Positions 10,704 through 21,306 are shown, counted from the stretch's first letter. The stretch: DNA of 64,000 bases from Methanotrichaceae archaeon (GCA_963803145.1 CAWDLW010000016.1:78239-142238), one strand, 5' to 3'. Numbers and translations: made by a program. The notes: a model not told the origin generated them from the letters alone.

Positions 10704-11204
10704 ATGCCGGCAAAAGAGATTGAGGAGATGTGCAATAAGATCATTAAATGGCTCAATGAGGAGGGGATTTTCAAGGAGAGAATCAAAGATGAAAATTTGC
10801 AGTTTCATGTTGCTGTAGAGTTTCCCTCTGGCTCCGGGCGCCATCTTAGCGTTATCCAGCCCAAGAACAGGGAGGACATGATAGTTGTCCTGAGCAGAAT
10901 AATGCTTGCTGATGTTCATAAGCTTGCCCTTCAGGCCATGCCCAGAAAGGAGCGCATCAAGCTTCTGTGGAATATGCGCTATGCACTGCTCTTCCAGGAG
11001 TCGAGCTTCGAGATGCAGCCCGGGGGCGAGAGCTTGGAGGGCATCCAGTTCACGCGTGAGATCTATTACGACGGCTTGACGAAGAACAAGCTTATGGAGG
11101 CAATGAGGGAGAACTTCAAATGCGAGCTTTTTGTTGTTTGGAAATTCCAAGAGGTATTCGGCGATAAACCCGGGCCAGGGCCTGCAGAATCGATGTACTG
11201 CTAG
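10704..11204 (+). CDS. DUF2299 family protein
   Basis: IxxWLxEEG start and IYYDGLTKNKLM motif. Confidence 0.75.
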   Translation: MPAKEIEEMCNKIIKWLNEEGIFKERIKDENLQFHVAVEFPSGSGRHLSVIQPKNREDMIVVLSRIMLADVHKLALQAMPRKERIKLLWNMRYALLFQESSFEMQPGGESLEGIQFTREIYYDGLTKNKLMEAMRENFKCELFVVWKFQEVFGDKPGPGPAESMYC

Positions 11205-11257
11205 CTGTTACCACAATCGCATTATTGCTCGTAAAAAAAGAAAAGAGGGACCTTCCG

Positions 11258-11971
11258 CTAGCTTATCTCGTAGGTCATGGATATGCTTGCGGTAACCTCC
11301 ATCTGGCCAGGTAGGACTGGTGTTGGGGCTGCTGCAGACACTAAATCATATCTGGCTGCAGGTGTGGCGTAGCTATATCCTCCTGATATCTCAAGCACGC
11401 GTCCAAGCTTCACGCCCGCTGCGTTGGCCATGATCTGGGCCTTTCTCTGAGCATCCTCTATCGCTAGCACAAGAGCCCTATCCATCTGAGGCTTTGAATC
11501 CCTAAGCTGGAAGCTGATGCTCTGAACATTGTTCGAGCCTGCAGCTGTGGCGGCATCGAGAATCTTTCCCACTCCCTGGGTATTGTTAGTCATCACAGTG
11601 ACTTGGTTTGTTGCAACGAACTCTGGTGGCTTTGTTGCATTTCCAGTTACGGTTATTGTTGACTGATCATTTGTTGTGGGCAGGGATAGGCTGTAGGTGC
11701 TTGTCTGGATATTGGATTTATTTATTCCTGCAGTAAGTAGTGCATTTATGGTCTTATTCATAAGCTCGGCATTCTGGGTGGCTGCAACTGAGGCGCTTAT
11801 GTTCCTTGTCTCCACACCCAAGACAATTATCGCCTGATCTGGAGCTGCATCAACTTTGCCATCGCCCTGGATTATAATCTTAGATGCATTGTTGATATCA
11901 GCCGCAGACCCTGTAGAGACAATAGCCATGAGCAGCACTGATCCTAAAAGCATTATGCAAAATCCTTTCAT
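11258..11971 (-). CDS. SIMPL (DUF541) domain protein
   Basis: Signal peptide; G.GKV.AAPD, A..KA..MA.AAGVKLG. Confidence 0.85.
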   Translation of the reverse strand: MKGFCIMLLGSVLLMAIVSTGSAADINNASKIIIQGDGKVDAAPDQAIIVLGVETRNISASVAATQNAELMNKTINALLTAGINKSNIQTSTYSLSLPTTNDQSTITVTGNATKPPEFVATNQVTVMTNNTQGVGKILDAATAAGSNNVQSISFQLRDSKPQMDRALVLAIEDAQRKAQIMANAAGVKLGRVLEISGGYSYATPAARYDLVSAAAPTPVLPGQMEVTASISMTYEIS

Positions 11972-12071
11972 AATTTTTCCCACTAATTGAGTGTGCTCAA
12001 ACATTCATAAGGATTATGGTAGGATGCGCAAGATATAATAAAAAAGTGTGGTCGTTGTTATCCTATTACTA

Positions 12072-12752
12072 TCATGCTATCTCATAGGTCACAATCACAT
12101 AGGACGTAACATCTACCATTCCCGGCTGAGCCATGCTGATATTAGGATATGCTCCATAATCGGATATATCCACTACCTTTCCAATACTCACGCCTGCAGC
12201 GCTTGCCTCTGCTTCTGCGTTCTCTCTCGCGTTTTGCACGGCACTCTTTTTGGCCTCAGCAATTGCATTCTTGGGATTGCTCAGGCTGTAGCCCGTAACT
12301 GAAGCATCTGCGCCTGTTGATTTGGCAGCATTGATGACATCGTTTATTCTTTCCTGATCGGTTGTATTGATTTTGACTGATGCTGACCTAACAACCTTGT
12401 TGGCTGAGCTGGATGTAACGTCGCAAATCGAGGTGTTATTGACCAGTCTACAGACTTTGCCACTCGATTCGAAGCTTGAAGTGCTACTTGCCTGTCCTGA
12501 GAGTATATCCTGCTTATTCACTCCAGCGGCAGCAATTGCATCCTCCGCTCTGTTCAGCTTATTCTGGGCATCAGCTGTTGCCAGAGTGGCATTCTGGTTA
12601 TTGCTTTCAGCGCTCACAGTGATAATAGTAACATCTGCAGGCACCGTCACAGTTCCCTCTCCATTTGCTGAAACCGTATTTTGTGCTACACAGGCCGAGA
12701 CGGCAAGAACTATGATTCCACATAGGATGGCTAATGTTCTCACAATCTTCAT
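12072..12752 (-). CDS. SIMPL (DUF541) domain protein, tandem paralog
   Basis: GEGTVTVPAD and AAGVSIGKVVDIS; similar to the neighbouring gene. Confidence 0.8.
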   Translation of the reverse strand: MKIVRTLAILCGIIVLAVSACVAQNTVSANGEGTVTVPADVTIITVSAESNNQNATLATADAQNKLNRAEDAIAAAGVNKQDILSGQASSTSSFESSGKVCRLVNNTSICDVTSSSANKVVRSASVKINTTDQERINDVINAAKSTGADASVTGYSLSNPKNAIAEAKKSAVQNARENAEAEASAAGVSIGKVVDISDYGAYPNISMAQPGMVDVTSYVIVTYEIA

Positions 12753-12954
12753 GATATTCCCCCGGTAGTTGGTATGTATTGATGGTATTAAAGCAGTCGG
12801 TTCGAGTAGGAACTCGAGTCCGGCAAGATTTTATTTGGATTATTTCAAGTTTCGTTTTACTTTAAGTTTTATTTAAATTATGAACTGAACCACAAAATAC
12901 TATGATTCTCAGGCGGCTTTAACCATACGAAGAATAAGAATGATCAATGCAAGC

Positions 12955-13806
12955 TTACTGTATGCGTTTGGTTTTTGCCTTTGTGAAAATACGGCATTTC
13001 AAGTTGACAGGGATGAATAGGTTTAAGTGCATCAGCAAAAGCTCAGCTCTCCCCAGGAAGAGGTACCCAGAATCGTTTAATGCAAAATGGAATTTAGATA
13101 GGATGCTCGCCTGTGTCTCTGCGTTGAAGTACATCAGTGTGTTTCTGCATATCAAGAGGTCCAGATGCGGTATTATAGCATCCTGCGTCAGATTATGCCG
13201 CCCGAAGATCACAGATCTCCGAAGATCTGGCCTAACGATGAATGTGCCTCCTATAATTTGGAAGTATTTGTCTCTTAGCGCTGTGGGCACTTTCTCCAGG
13301 TCATTCATCGTGTAGCTTGCATGGCGCGCCTGAGCTAAGGCTGCTTCATCTATATCTGTAGCAAAGATCTTGACATCATCCTTGAATCTTCTCTCGCCTA
13401 AGAGTTCGGCCATAAGCATCGCTATGGTATATGCCTCCTCACCTGTAGCACAGCCTGTAGACCATATTCTAATGGGATCGTCCTCATTTTTCGATGAGAT
13501 TATCTTAGGCAGTGATTCCTTTGCCAGGTACTCCCATGCCTCCTTATCTCTGAAGAAGGATGTGATGTTAATCAGAATAGTATTGAATAGTTCTTGAAAC
13601 TCATTCGGATGATTCTCTAGGCAGCTCTTGTAATCAGAGATGTCGGAGATGTTGATGATCTGCATACGTCTGCGAATGCGTCTTGCCAGGCTCTCTCGCT
13701 TATAGCCTGTAAAATCGAAGCCACGATTGTGCTTTATGTAATCTAGCAGGGCCTCTAGCTTTTTCTTGTAATCCTCATCTTCTTTGGCTATTTCCCTGGA
13801 GCTCAT
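12955..13806 (-). CDS. cheR: CheR-type protein-glutamate O-methyltransferase
   Basis: GFDFTGYK, INITSFFRD, IWSTGCATGEEAY, CRNTLMYF. Confidence 0.9.
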   Translation of the reverse strand: MSSREIAKEDEDYKKKLEALLDYIKHNRGFDFTGYKRESLARRIRRRMQIINISDISDYKSCLENHPNEFQELFNTILINITSFFRDKEAWEYLAKESLPKIISSKNEDDPIRIWSTGCATGEEAYTIAMLMAELLGERRFKDDVKIFATDIDEAALAQARHASYTMNDLEKVPTALRDKYFQIIGGTFIVRPDLRRSVIFGRHNLTQDAIIPHLDLLICRNTLMYFNAETQASILSKFHFALNDSGYLFLGRAELLLMHLNLFIPVNLKCRIFTKAKTKRIQ

Positions 13807-14166
13807 ATCTATAGATCCTTGATCACAAATGCTATGAGAGCTGTAGATGCTTCATCTGGCAGAAGACCGAAACAGATTGATTGGGCACCGTATAGCTGCA
13901 GATTACATCCTCGAGAGTTTTGTAATCACCTTTTCTTTCCGGTTTCTATATCGTCCATCTAATTTGTATTCTACATGCTCATAGCTCTATTGCTGTCCGG
14001 GGAGGACAGAACGGTGGCTATAGCCCTATTAGAGTATCAACAATGCTTGAGTTTCGCGAGGCAAGACATTTTGCTCCAGGTCCCATTCGATTCTCTAAAA
14101 TATACTCAGAATTAGATTTTGGCCTCAACCATCAGCTTTAACTCCACGACTCGCTTGCATCCGATT

Positions 14167-14967
14167 ATGAGTAAGATCGGAAAATCCATCAGGTTAGAGC
14201 GTATCATTGATCGAAAGACGAGGCGGACGGTCATAGTTCCGATGGATCATGGTATATCAGTGGGACCAATTGATGGGCTGATCGATATGCCTGCGACTGT
14301 AAACAAAGTTGCTGAGGGTGGAGCAAATGCTGTTCTTGGCCATATGGGGCTGCCGATGCACGGCCACAGAGGCTACGGCAGAGATATAGGCCTAATAATT
14401 CACCTCTCTGCATCATCATCGCTCAGCCCAGATCCCAACCATAAGGTCCTTGTGACGAGAGTGGAGGATGCAATAAGGGTAGGCGCAGATGCAGTCAGCA
14501 TTCATGTCAATATCGGTGCTGAAGATGAGGCTGAGATGCTAAGGGATCTGGGCAGAACTGCAAGAACATGCGATCTCTGGGGGATTCCATTGATTGCAAT
14601 GATGTATCCGCGAGGGACAAAGGTGAAATCCGAGCACAGCGTGGAGTATGTGAAGCTTGCAGCACGCATAGGCTCTGAGCTCGGTGCAGATATAATCAAG
14701 ACCAATTATACAGGCTCTCCCGAGACCTTCAAAGAGGTCGTGAGAGGATGCAATGCTCCAGTCGTGATCGCAGGTGGTCCGAAGATGAACACAGAGAGGG
14801 ATCTATTGCAGATGGTTTATGATGCTCTGGGCGTTGGAGCTGCAGGAGTGGCTATTGGCCGAAACATATTCCAGGCCGAGAACCCCACGCTCCTTGTGAG
14901 GAAGCTCAGCTCAATAGTCCACAAGGGGTACACTGTGGAAGAGGCTGAAGGTATCAAGCTGGATTAA
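14167..14967 (+). CDS. aroA': 2-amino-3,7-dideoxy-D-threo-hept-6-ulosonate synthase (class I aldolase family)
   Basis: [36 protein letters not shown]. Confidence 0.85.
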   Translation: MSKIGKSIRLERIIDRKTRRTVIVPMDHGISVGPIDGLIDMPATVNKVAEGGANAVLGHMGLPMHGHRGYGRDIGLIIHLSASSSLSPDPNHKVLVTRVEDAIRVGADAVSIHVNIGAEDEAEMLRDLGRTARTCDLWGIPLIAMMYPRGTKVKSEHSVEYVKLAARIGSELGADIIKTNYTGSPETFKEVVRGCNAPVVIAGGPKMNTERDLLQMVYDALGVGAAGVAIGRNIFQAENPTLLVRKLSSIVHKGYTVEEAEGIKLD

Positions 14968-15236
14968 CGGCATGTGCCATCAAAGGCAACATACCTCTAT
15001 CTTTATCAGCCTTGATGGTCTTACTTAAGATATTTCCAGCCTTATCAAAAGACGGTCCAATCTGCATTATATTTAGCATTGTTATCTATCTTACCTTATA
15101 TCCGCTATAGCGTCATCGCAAGCATATATTTCCATTGCTCTCTTCTATTAGAAAATCGTACAGAGGAAGAAATAAATAACATCATATACAAATCTGTAAA
15201 GGGATTTGCAATTTTACCATAACCCGGAGTAAGAAC

Positions 15237-15542
15237 ATGAATGAGAAAGAGAATAACCAATTGATGGTAGGAGTTTGCCCGAGCTGCGGAAAGCCATTCA
15301 GAATCGAAAAGGAAAGCGGCGGAGAGGAGTGGAGATATTGTGCAGATGTCTGCATGAACCCTGCTGCGATACCTACGGGAGTTAGGCTCCAGGCCGATCA
15401 GGCAACATACCATTACATAGATGGAAACATGAATGAGTTCAAACGTGATGAATATATTAAAGTTCACGGCATAGATCCATTGCCCATATGGGAAGCGATC
15501 GAGAAATGGCGTGAAGAGCAGATCAAGAAGTGGAAGATGTAA
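15237..15542 (+). CDS. hypothetical protein with CxxC
   Basis: 101-aa ORF with CPSCGK; upstream GGAG. Confidence 0.65.
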   Translation: MNEKENNQLMVGVCPSCGKPFRIEKESGGEEWRYCADVCMNPAAIPTGVRLQADQATYHYIDGNMNEFKRDEYIKVHGIDPLPIWEAIEKWREEQIKKWKM

Positions 15543-15685
15543 GTATATTGGACATCATTGACGAGTTGTGCTTAAAGATTTGTGCTTATAAAAGGCGCAA
15601 TCTTAACATCTATTTTCATTTTTTCTGCTTTATCGTCCTGCTGCGGACAAGCTAAATATACATTCTATAGATACAGCTTCATGAA

Positions 15686-16012
15686 ATGGAAGCATAAACT
15701 ATAGAAGAATAGGGATCGCAATAGCTCAGGGAGCCATCTTCGGCATAATATGCGTATATGGAACGATGAATAGTGTACTGCTATCGCCCATTATCCTCGC
15801 GACTATTCTATATGATAGAATTCTCTTAGGCATAGTGATAGGAATCGCCTATGGTCTAAATCTTCATCCTATTATCAGGTGTGGAGCTCTTGTAGCCATT
15901 GTGAGCTTTGGCATAACCATTCCCGTCAGGCGTTGCAGGCGGTGCACTTCTCTTGGGTGCAGGAATCATCTACGGGGGCATAATAGACCTGATTGCTGCA
16001 AAGTTTTTTAAG
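15686..16012 (+). pseudogene. frameshifted small membrane protein
   Basis: Hydrophobic reading NYRRIGIAIAQGAIFGIIC... has no in-frame start; the natural-looking C-terminus (GAGIIYGGIIDLIAAKFF) lies in another frame after about 15922. Confidence 0.55.
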
Positions 16013-16152
16013 ATTAATATTCTTATAATATTTACCGATTCATAATCCAATAATTGGTCTTTAAGATAACGGTCTTCTTGTATACAGTGGTTACGTCTGC
16101 GTAATGATATCGACCGCAAGGTATATCCACTTCATGCAATATATGAGGAAGC

Positions 16153-16839
16153 ATGAGATATATAGCCCTTATAGCACTTACCCTGATATCAGCAGCCATG
16201 TTGGCAGTTCTGGTGGAAGGCCAGGATGCAGACAGCTGGTTTGCCCAATCGGCACGGGATTACTCCAATGGCTCTTATGCGGTCGCACTTCAGGATATAA
16301 ACAGGTACTTAGGGCAGAACTCTACGGATGCGAACGGCTGGAGTTTAAAGGGATTGATCCAGATAAAGCTGAAAAAGAATGAAGATGCCTTAAACAGCTT
16401 CGATAAGGTGACTGAGCTTGACAGCTCCAATGCTCAAGCATGGAATGATAAGGGTCTGTTACAGGGCGCGCTTGGAAAAAATGATGACGCTATTGAGTCT
16501 ATCGACATGGCACTGGAGCTCAACCCAAAGAGCGCAAGCACCTGGTATAACAAGGGACTTGTGCTGGAAAACATGGGAAGATATAACGAGTCTGTAGATG
16601 CTCTTAACAATGCAACCAAGATAGATAGCTCACTTGTTCAGGCATGGACTGAAGAGGGAAAGATACTGAAGGCCGGAGGGGACTATGAGGATGCCCTCAA
16701 GTGTTTCGATAAAGCGACACAGCTGCAGCCCAGAAACAAAGATGCTTGGAATGCAAAGGGCGATGTTCTCACAGCCCTTGGCCAAAGTGACGAGGCAAAG
16801 GTGGCCTATGGGATGGCCGGGAAAACTAATGTCAAATAA
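16153..16839 (+). CDS. secreted tetratricopeptide-repeat protein
   Basis: Signal peptide followed by several W..KG...A...FDKA TPR units. Confidence 0.9.
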   Translation: MRYIALIALTLISAAMLAVLVEGQDADSWFAQSARDYSNGSYAVALQDINRYLGQNSTDANGWSLKGLIQIKLKKNEDALNSFDKVTELDSSNAQAWNDKGLLQGALGKNDDAIESIDMALELNPKSASTWYNKGLVLENMGRYNESVDALNNATKIDSSLVQAWTEEGKILKAGGDYEDALKCFDKATQLQPRNKDAWNAKGDVLTALGQSDEAKVAYGMAGKTNVK

Positions 16840-17216
16840 TTTTTATAACATATTTTTATTTCAGCGTTACAGCGCTGGTTGAATGAAATTGCATTAAACT
16901 AGTAAGCGATATCGGGGGATAGTTATTAAGAAGTAACCAAACGATCTCTTTTCTTCACCCGATGTTCGTTGGCGTAAATGGGCACAAAATCTTTGATGCT
17001 AACATTAAAGGGCTCTTCCGCATAGGTTCTGGGCAAGGTTTGTAGCGTTGATATTAATGTGTAATTTGAATCAGCCTCGCATTTATCCCTCCTGGATTTC
17101 CGATTTTCGGTTTGGTTAGCAGTAAGTTGATAGCTAATAGATTCATGGGTATGGTGGCAATAGAGAAAAATTCCGCGACCTTAACGTTCTGGAATAGGTT
17201 AATGAGGAATCTTATA

Positions 17217-17510
17217 CTACCTCGTTATGTCCGATGTTTTTTGATCCCTCAGCTTATTGATCTCCTGCTCAGCCTGTGCTTTGACAACAAATGTTCCGTA
17301 ATGGGGCTTGACTATAGGAAATATGAGATCCGAATCCTCTATCGCTAAAGCTATTGGAGGAACTCCCACTAGGTAGCAGTCCTTTAAGACCTTATACCCG
17401 GGCTGAACATAATAGACCTCCTTGAAGTTCCTCTGGATAAACTCCCTGGCATCCTTAAAGGTAGCTCCTTCAAGGAGCACGTCGTGTTTTATATTATCTA
17501 TGCATTTCAT
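17217..17510 (-). CDS. DUF1894 domain protein (methanogen family)
   Basis: PGYK, GVPPIA, IFPIVKPHYGTF. Confidence 0.8.
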   Translation of the reverse strand: MKCIDNIKHDVLLEGATFKDAREFIQRNFKEVYYVQPGYKVLKDCYLVGVPPIALAIEDSDLIFPIVKPHYGTFVVKAQAEQEINKLRDQKTSDITR

Positions 17511-17609
17511 ATCTGGCAGGCTCTATAGCATTGCATCGATCACAATCGGAATTATTATAGAACTAGGCAGGTAATCTATATCAAGTTATGTCACCCGAGA
17601 TAAGGCAGA

Positions 17610-18515
17610 ATGAAATGCATCCGGTGTGACGAGAATGCCATAGTTTCGCAAAGATATTCGGGCAAGCACCTATGTGGTAGCCATTTCATAGAGGACTTCG
17701 ACAAAAGGGTCGAGGAAACGCTGGAAAAAAGGCTTATGATAACGCAAGGTGATCGAATAGCTGTTGCTGTGAGTGGTGGGAAGGATAGTACAGCCCTCCT
17801 GTATGCTCTGAATAAAATTCTGATAGGCAAGGGCACGAGGATCTTTGCGATAACCGTAGATGAAGGAATAAATGGCTATAGAGATGATACGATAAGATCC
17901 GCTGAAAGGATTGCAGAAGACCTCGGAATTGAGCATAAGATCGTCTCATTCAGAGACTTGTACGGCTTTGATCTGGATGAGATTATCGAAGGAAAAGAGG
18001 CGGCTCCGTGTACTTACTGCGGAGTGTTTAGAAAGAATGCACTGAATAGAACCGCGAAGCGGATGAGTGCTACAAAAGTGGCAACCGGCCACAATCTCGA
18101 CGATGAAGCTCAATCAGTTTTGATGAACTACATGAAAGGCGACATTGAGCGTCTGATGAGGTTCAGACCCAGGCGTATTCAGCCAGGGCTTGTCCCTAGG
18201 ATCAAGCCTTTTCGCGAGATCCTCGAGAAAGAGACAGCCCTTTACTGCATGATCAATGGGATCTATGCAGAGTCACGTGAGTGCCCTTATGCCAAGCTGT
18301 CGTTAAGGGCCGATGTCAGAGATATGATAAACAGGCTCGAAAACCTCTATCCGGGGACGAAGCATTCGGTTTTGAAGGGTTTTGAAAAGGTAACGGAGCT
18401 TGCTGGCAGCGAATGGACTCAGATGGATCTGGCATCATGTGGGATCTGCGGCGAGCCGTGTGTCAAGGATGTCTGCAAGGCATGTGAGCTGCTGGGCAAG
18501 CTGAAGGGTGCTTAG
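17610..18515 (+). CDS. ncsA: tRNA 2-thiolation protein (TIGR00269, NcsA/TtuA family)
   Basis: N-terminal Zn finger, PP-loop SGGKDS, CTYCGVFR, TGHNLDDE, C-terminal Zn finger. Confidence 0.85.
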   Translation: MKCIRCDENAIVSQRYSGKHLCGSHFIEDFDKRVEETLEKRLMITQGDRIAVAVSGGKDSTALLYALNKILIGKGTRIFAITVDEGINGYRDDTIRSAERIAEDLGIEHKIVSFRDLYGFDLDEIIEGKEAAPCTYCGVFRKNALNRTAKRMSATKVATGHNLDDEAQSVLMNYMKGDIERLMRFRPRRIQPGLVPRIKPFREILEKETALYCMINGIYAESRECPYAKLSLRADVRDMINRLENLYPGTKHSVLKGFEKVTELAGSEWTQMDLASCGICGEPCVKDVCKACELLGKLKGA

Positions 18516-18554
18516 TGTATCTAGCGATCTCCTTCCCAGCTAGGGCTTCCTGCT

Positions 18555-19397
18555 TCAAAGAACACCTTCGGGTTTATCCACAGGCTTGATCCCACTGACT
18601 TTTATGCTAGATATCGAACCTTCGACCTCTTTTAGCTGTCCTTCAGACACCATCAAGCCCTCCAAAATTCTACCGCCTATTGGATCGTTAGCCACACAGT
18701 CTAATGGGAAAATTGATTCATCGACCACAGAGACCTCCTTAAACCCGGCTGATTTAATGGCATCCAGGTACTTATCCTTCATCAAGGCGCCTGAGATGCA
18801 GCCGACATATGCTTCGACCGATTCTCTTACGAATCCCGGCAGTTTCTTGAGTAAAACGATATCCGATACCATTAGCCTTCCACCTGGTTTAAGCACCCTG
18901 AATGCCTCTTTGAATGCTCTCTCCTTACTCGGCACCAGATTGATGACGCAGTTGGAGATTATTACATCGATGGAATTATCCTCGACAGGCAATTTTTCAA
19001 TCTCTCCCTGTCTGAATTCCACGTTCTTGTAGCCTCCTTTCAGGGCGTTGGCTCTCGCCTGTGCCAACATCTCTGCAGTCATGTCAACCCCTATGACCTT
19101 ACCATTCGGACCTACCTTATTTGAAGCCAGGAAACAGTCGAAACCTGCACCTGATCCAAGATCGAGAACAGTCTCTCCATCTTTAATCGATGCAAGGGCA
19201 GTCGGGTTGCCACAGCCTAGTCCCAAGTTTGATCCTGAAGGCACCGCCTGCATTTCCTCATCAGTGTAGCCGATTCTCTTGCTGATCTCCTTGGGCTTAG
19301 CGGTTCCACAGCATCCTACTGAACAGCAGCTGTCGTTCTGGTTTGCAGCTCGGGCATATTTCTCCCTTACCACCTTCTTTATCTCTTGCTCATTCAT
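18555..19397 (-). CDS. arsM: arsenite S-adenosylmethionine methyltransferase
   Basis: N-terminal CC pairs, LGLGCGNP, LDLGSGAGFD, SNCVINL, GCISGA. Confidence 0.93.
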   Translation of the reverse strand: MNEQEIKKVVREKYARAANQNDSCCSVGCCGTAKPKEISKRIGYTDEEMQAVPSGSNLGLGCGNPTALASIKDGETVLDLGSGAGFDCFLASNKVGPNGKVIGVDMTAEMLAQARANALKGGYKNVEFRQGEIEKLPVEDNSIDVIISNCVINLVPSKERAFKEAFRVLKPGGRLMVSDIVLLKKLPGFVRESVEAYVGCISGALMKDKYLDAIKSAGFKEVSVVDESIFPLDCVANDPIGGRILEGLMVSEGQLKEVEGSISSIKVSGIKPVDKPEGVL

Positions 19398-19463
19398 GTT
19401 TCCACCTTTTATCTAAAATATTTAATATGATTTTTATCAAAATGTACCTATCTGACTACAATA

Positions 19464-19739
19464 TTATCTCTTGAAAATTTCATCCATAACTGGCCCGAGC
19501 ATCGACTTTACCATGCCCTCAAGCTCTTCGACCTTGATCAGAGAGAGACAGCAGATCTTTCCATTTCTCTCCATGCTCACCACTGCCAATTTATCTCCAG
19601 GCTTTATCTTTGCCTTTTCTCTGATATCCTTGGGAAGAACCATCTGTCCCCTTTCATCCACAGTTACTATCGATTCCACTTTGCAGCAGCTCATTATGCC
19701 AGGCGTGCAGCACTGTTCCATCTCATTTTCAGCGGTCAT
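19464..19739 (-). CDS. AbrB/MazE-like DNA-binding protein, HgcC (hgcAB-associated) type
   Basis: CC-KVESIVTVDERGQMVLPK core with three vicinal Cys pairs. Confidence 0.8.
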   Translation of the reverse strand: MTAENEMEQCCTPGIMSCCKVESIVTVDERGQMVLPKDIREKAKIKPGDKLAVVSMERNGKICCLSLIKVEELEGMVKSMLGPVMDEIFKR

Positions 19740-19766
19740 ATCATACTCCAAGCCACCATTGCATTC

Positions 19767-19807
19767 TCTGAGAATTTAAACTTTTCTGATAAATCCGTAT
19801 ATTCTGA
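19767..19807. promoter_or_regulatory. phased TCTGA direct repeats, putative operator
   Basis: TCTGA at 19767, 19785 and 19803 (exact 18-bp spacing), plus TCCGT at 19794, immediately upstream of the AbrB-like gene. Confidence 0.5.
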
Positions 19808-19867
19808 CAAAAAGGGATGTTCAATTTAAAATGGAATATCGGCTCTTAGGCGTAAGGCAATGGAAAG

Positions 19868-20315
19868 CTACTGGAACGTTTTGACTATCCATTCCCTTAT
19901 TTCATCTCTCACTTGCCTGAAGACTTTGAGCTGTTCATCCTCTGAACCTTCTGCGGTGCTCGGATCTTTAAAAGTCTTATGGACGGTCTTTTTGGCTGCC
20001 GGAGCTGTAGCTGGAGCCTTAAGGCTTATCCCGCAAATCGGGCACGCTTCTTTGGCCTTATCGCAAACTGTGACCGCCAGGTCGAATAGAATGCCTCGAT
20101 ACTCGTCCATTGTTTTCGAGTGCAGGCCAGATATATCGATGCCAATTTCATTCATGACCTCAACAGCGCGAGGGTCAATCCGCGTTGCTTCAATCCCTGC
20201 ACTATAGGCTTCATACCGATCTCCATACAAAGTCCTCAGCAATCCTTCCGCCATTTGAGATCTGGCAGAGTTGTGGAAACACAGAAATAGGACTTTCTTT
20301 TGCCTCGAGCTTCAT
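19868..20315 (-). pseudogene. arsC: arsenate reductase (LMW-PTP family), frameshifted near the start
   Basis: P-loop KKVLFLCFHNSARSQMAE is out of frame with the ATG at 20315 (one extra A in GCAAAAGAAA; span 448 nt); TVCD, ACP and DP motifs are intact. Confidence 0.85.
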
Positions 20316-20346
20316 ATTTCGATGTCATATATCCCACACTTACACA

Positions 20347-20964
20347 TTATACTCGTCCAGCTCTATTGGTTACAGTGTTTAGTCTATACAAGCTCTGCCG
20401 AGCATCCGGGAAGTAAAAGCACTCCTTGATTAGACTTTCCTCTTTTAGCTTGACCAATGCATATCTGACTGTGTTGGTATGTAGATGGGTCTTGCTTATG
20501 AGATCCTTCAGTGTCAGAGGGCCGTCAGATGCTAGGATATCAAAGACCTGCTTTGCCGAAGGCGGCAGATACTCTATCACATCCAGGTCAGGCGGTCCTG
20601 TAGCATCAAAATTGGCCTGAGAGGAAGCCGGATACGCGATTTTATTAACAGAGCGCGAAGAACTTGTAGAGAGGCTCTCCTGACCATATGAGCTGGAACT
20701 GCCCTTGCCAAAGTAAGAGTGGCCTGAGTTAGACGCCTCTATGATGGAGTACAACGAAACCTGACAGGTAGATCCTTGGGACGGAGGAGAATTTTGACAT
20801 TTGCCACTACAGTTCATTGCGTGAGAGCACTTAAAACCCCCTGACATGAGTGGGCAGCTATTTTCGATATGTACTTGTACCTGAGGGAGTGCAGGGGCCG
20901 GGGCTACAAGGATGCATAGAACTGCTAACGCTGCAAGCCATCTTATGATCTTAATCTCACTCAC
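20347..20964 (-). CDS. signal-peptide/Cys-rich protein with C-terminal winged helix (archaeal MarR-like)
   Basis: Hydrophobic N-terminus; C-terminal LPPSAKQVF...TVRYAL..L...DARQSLY. Confidence 0.75.
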   Translation of the reverse strand: MSEIKIIRWLAALAVLCILVAPAPALPQVQVHIENSCPLMSGGFKCSHAMNCSGKCQNSPPSQGSTCQVSLYSIIEASNSGHSYFGKGSSSSYGQESLSTSSSRSVNKIAYPASSQANFDATGPPDLDVIEYLPPSAKQVFDILASDGPLTLKDLISKTHLHTNTVRYALVKLKEESLIKECFYFPDARQSLYRLNTVTNRAGRV

Positions 20965-21306
20965 CTCCGTTCCCTTCTTAATGATCTACGATTGCAAGTT
21001 CCTCTCTAAAGATGATCCCCAATATATAAAGAGCCATCTGAGCTCCTGAACTGCTTAATATGCCCTGGGCTTTGATAAAGCCAATACTTTGTAATATCCA
21101 TCGGCGATGTAGTCTCTAGGACTATTTATCCCAAGGCATTTGTGCTTAATGAATATACTATCGCATCAAAAAAGAAATAGCTACAAACAATTAATCACAA
21201 ATTACATCATAATTCGTTCCAAGTCACCATCAACGTTTGTGCAAACCTAAATCGTCATATGCCTGTTATGTATTGTATCTCAATGTAAAAAAGATGAAGT
21301 GATTTC

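Noticed and set aside
10557-11150. 197-aa minus-strand ORF and the many other antisense ORFs in the track
   Set aside because: They overlap well-supported genes on the opposite strand or frame and carry no motifs
13981-14021. Stem-loop CTGTCC-GGGGA-GGACAG between cheR and aroA'
   Set aside because: Short, single copy, and no family resemblance I can support
16860-17216. Possible ncRNA or small gene in the intergenic gap
   Set aside because: Only a start-less minus-strand reading frame; no recognisable structure
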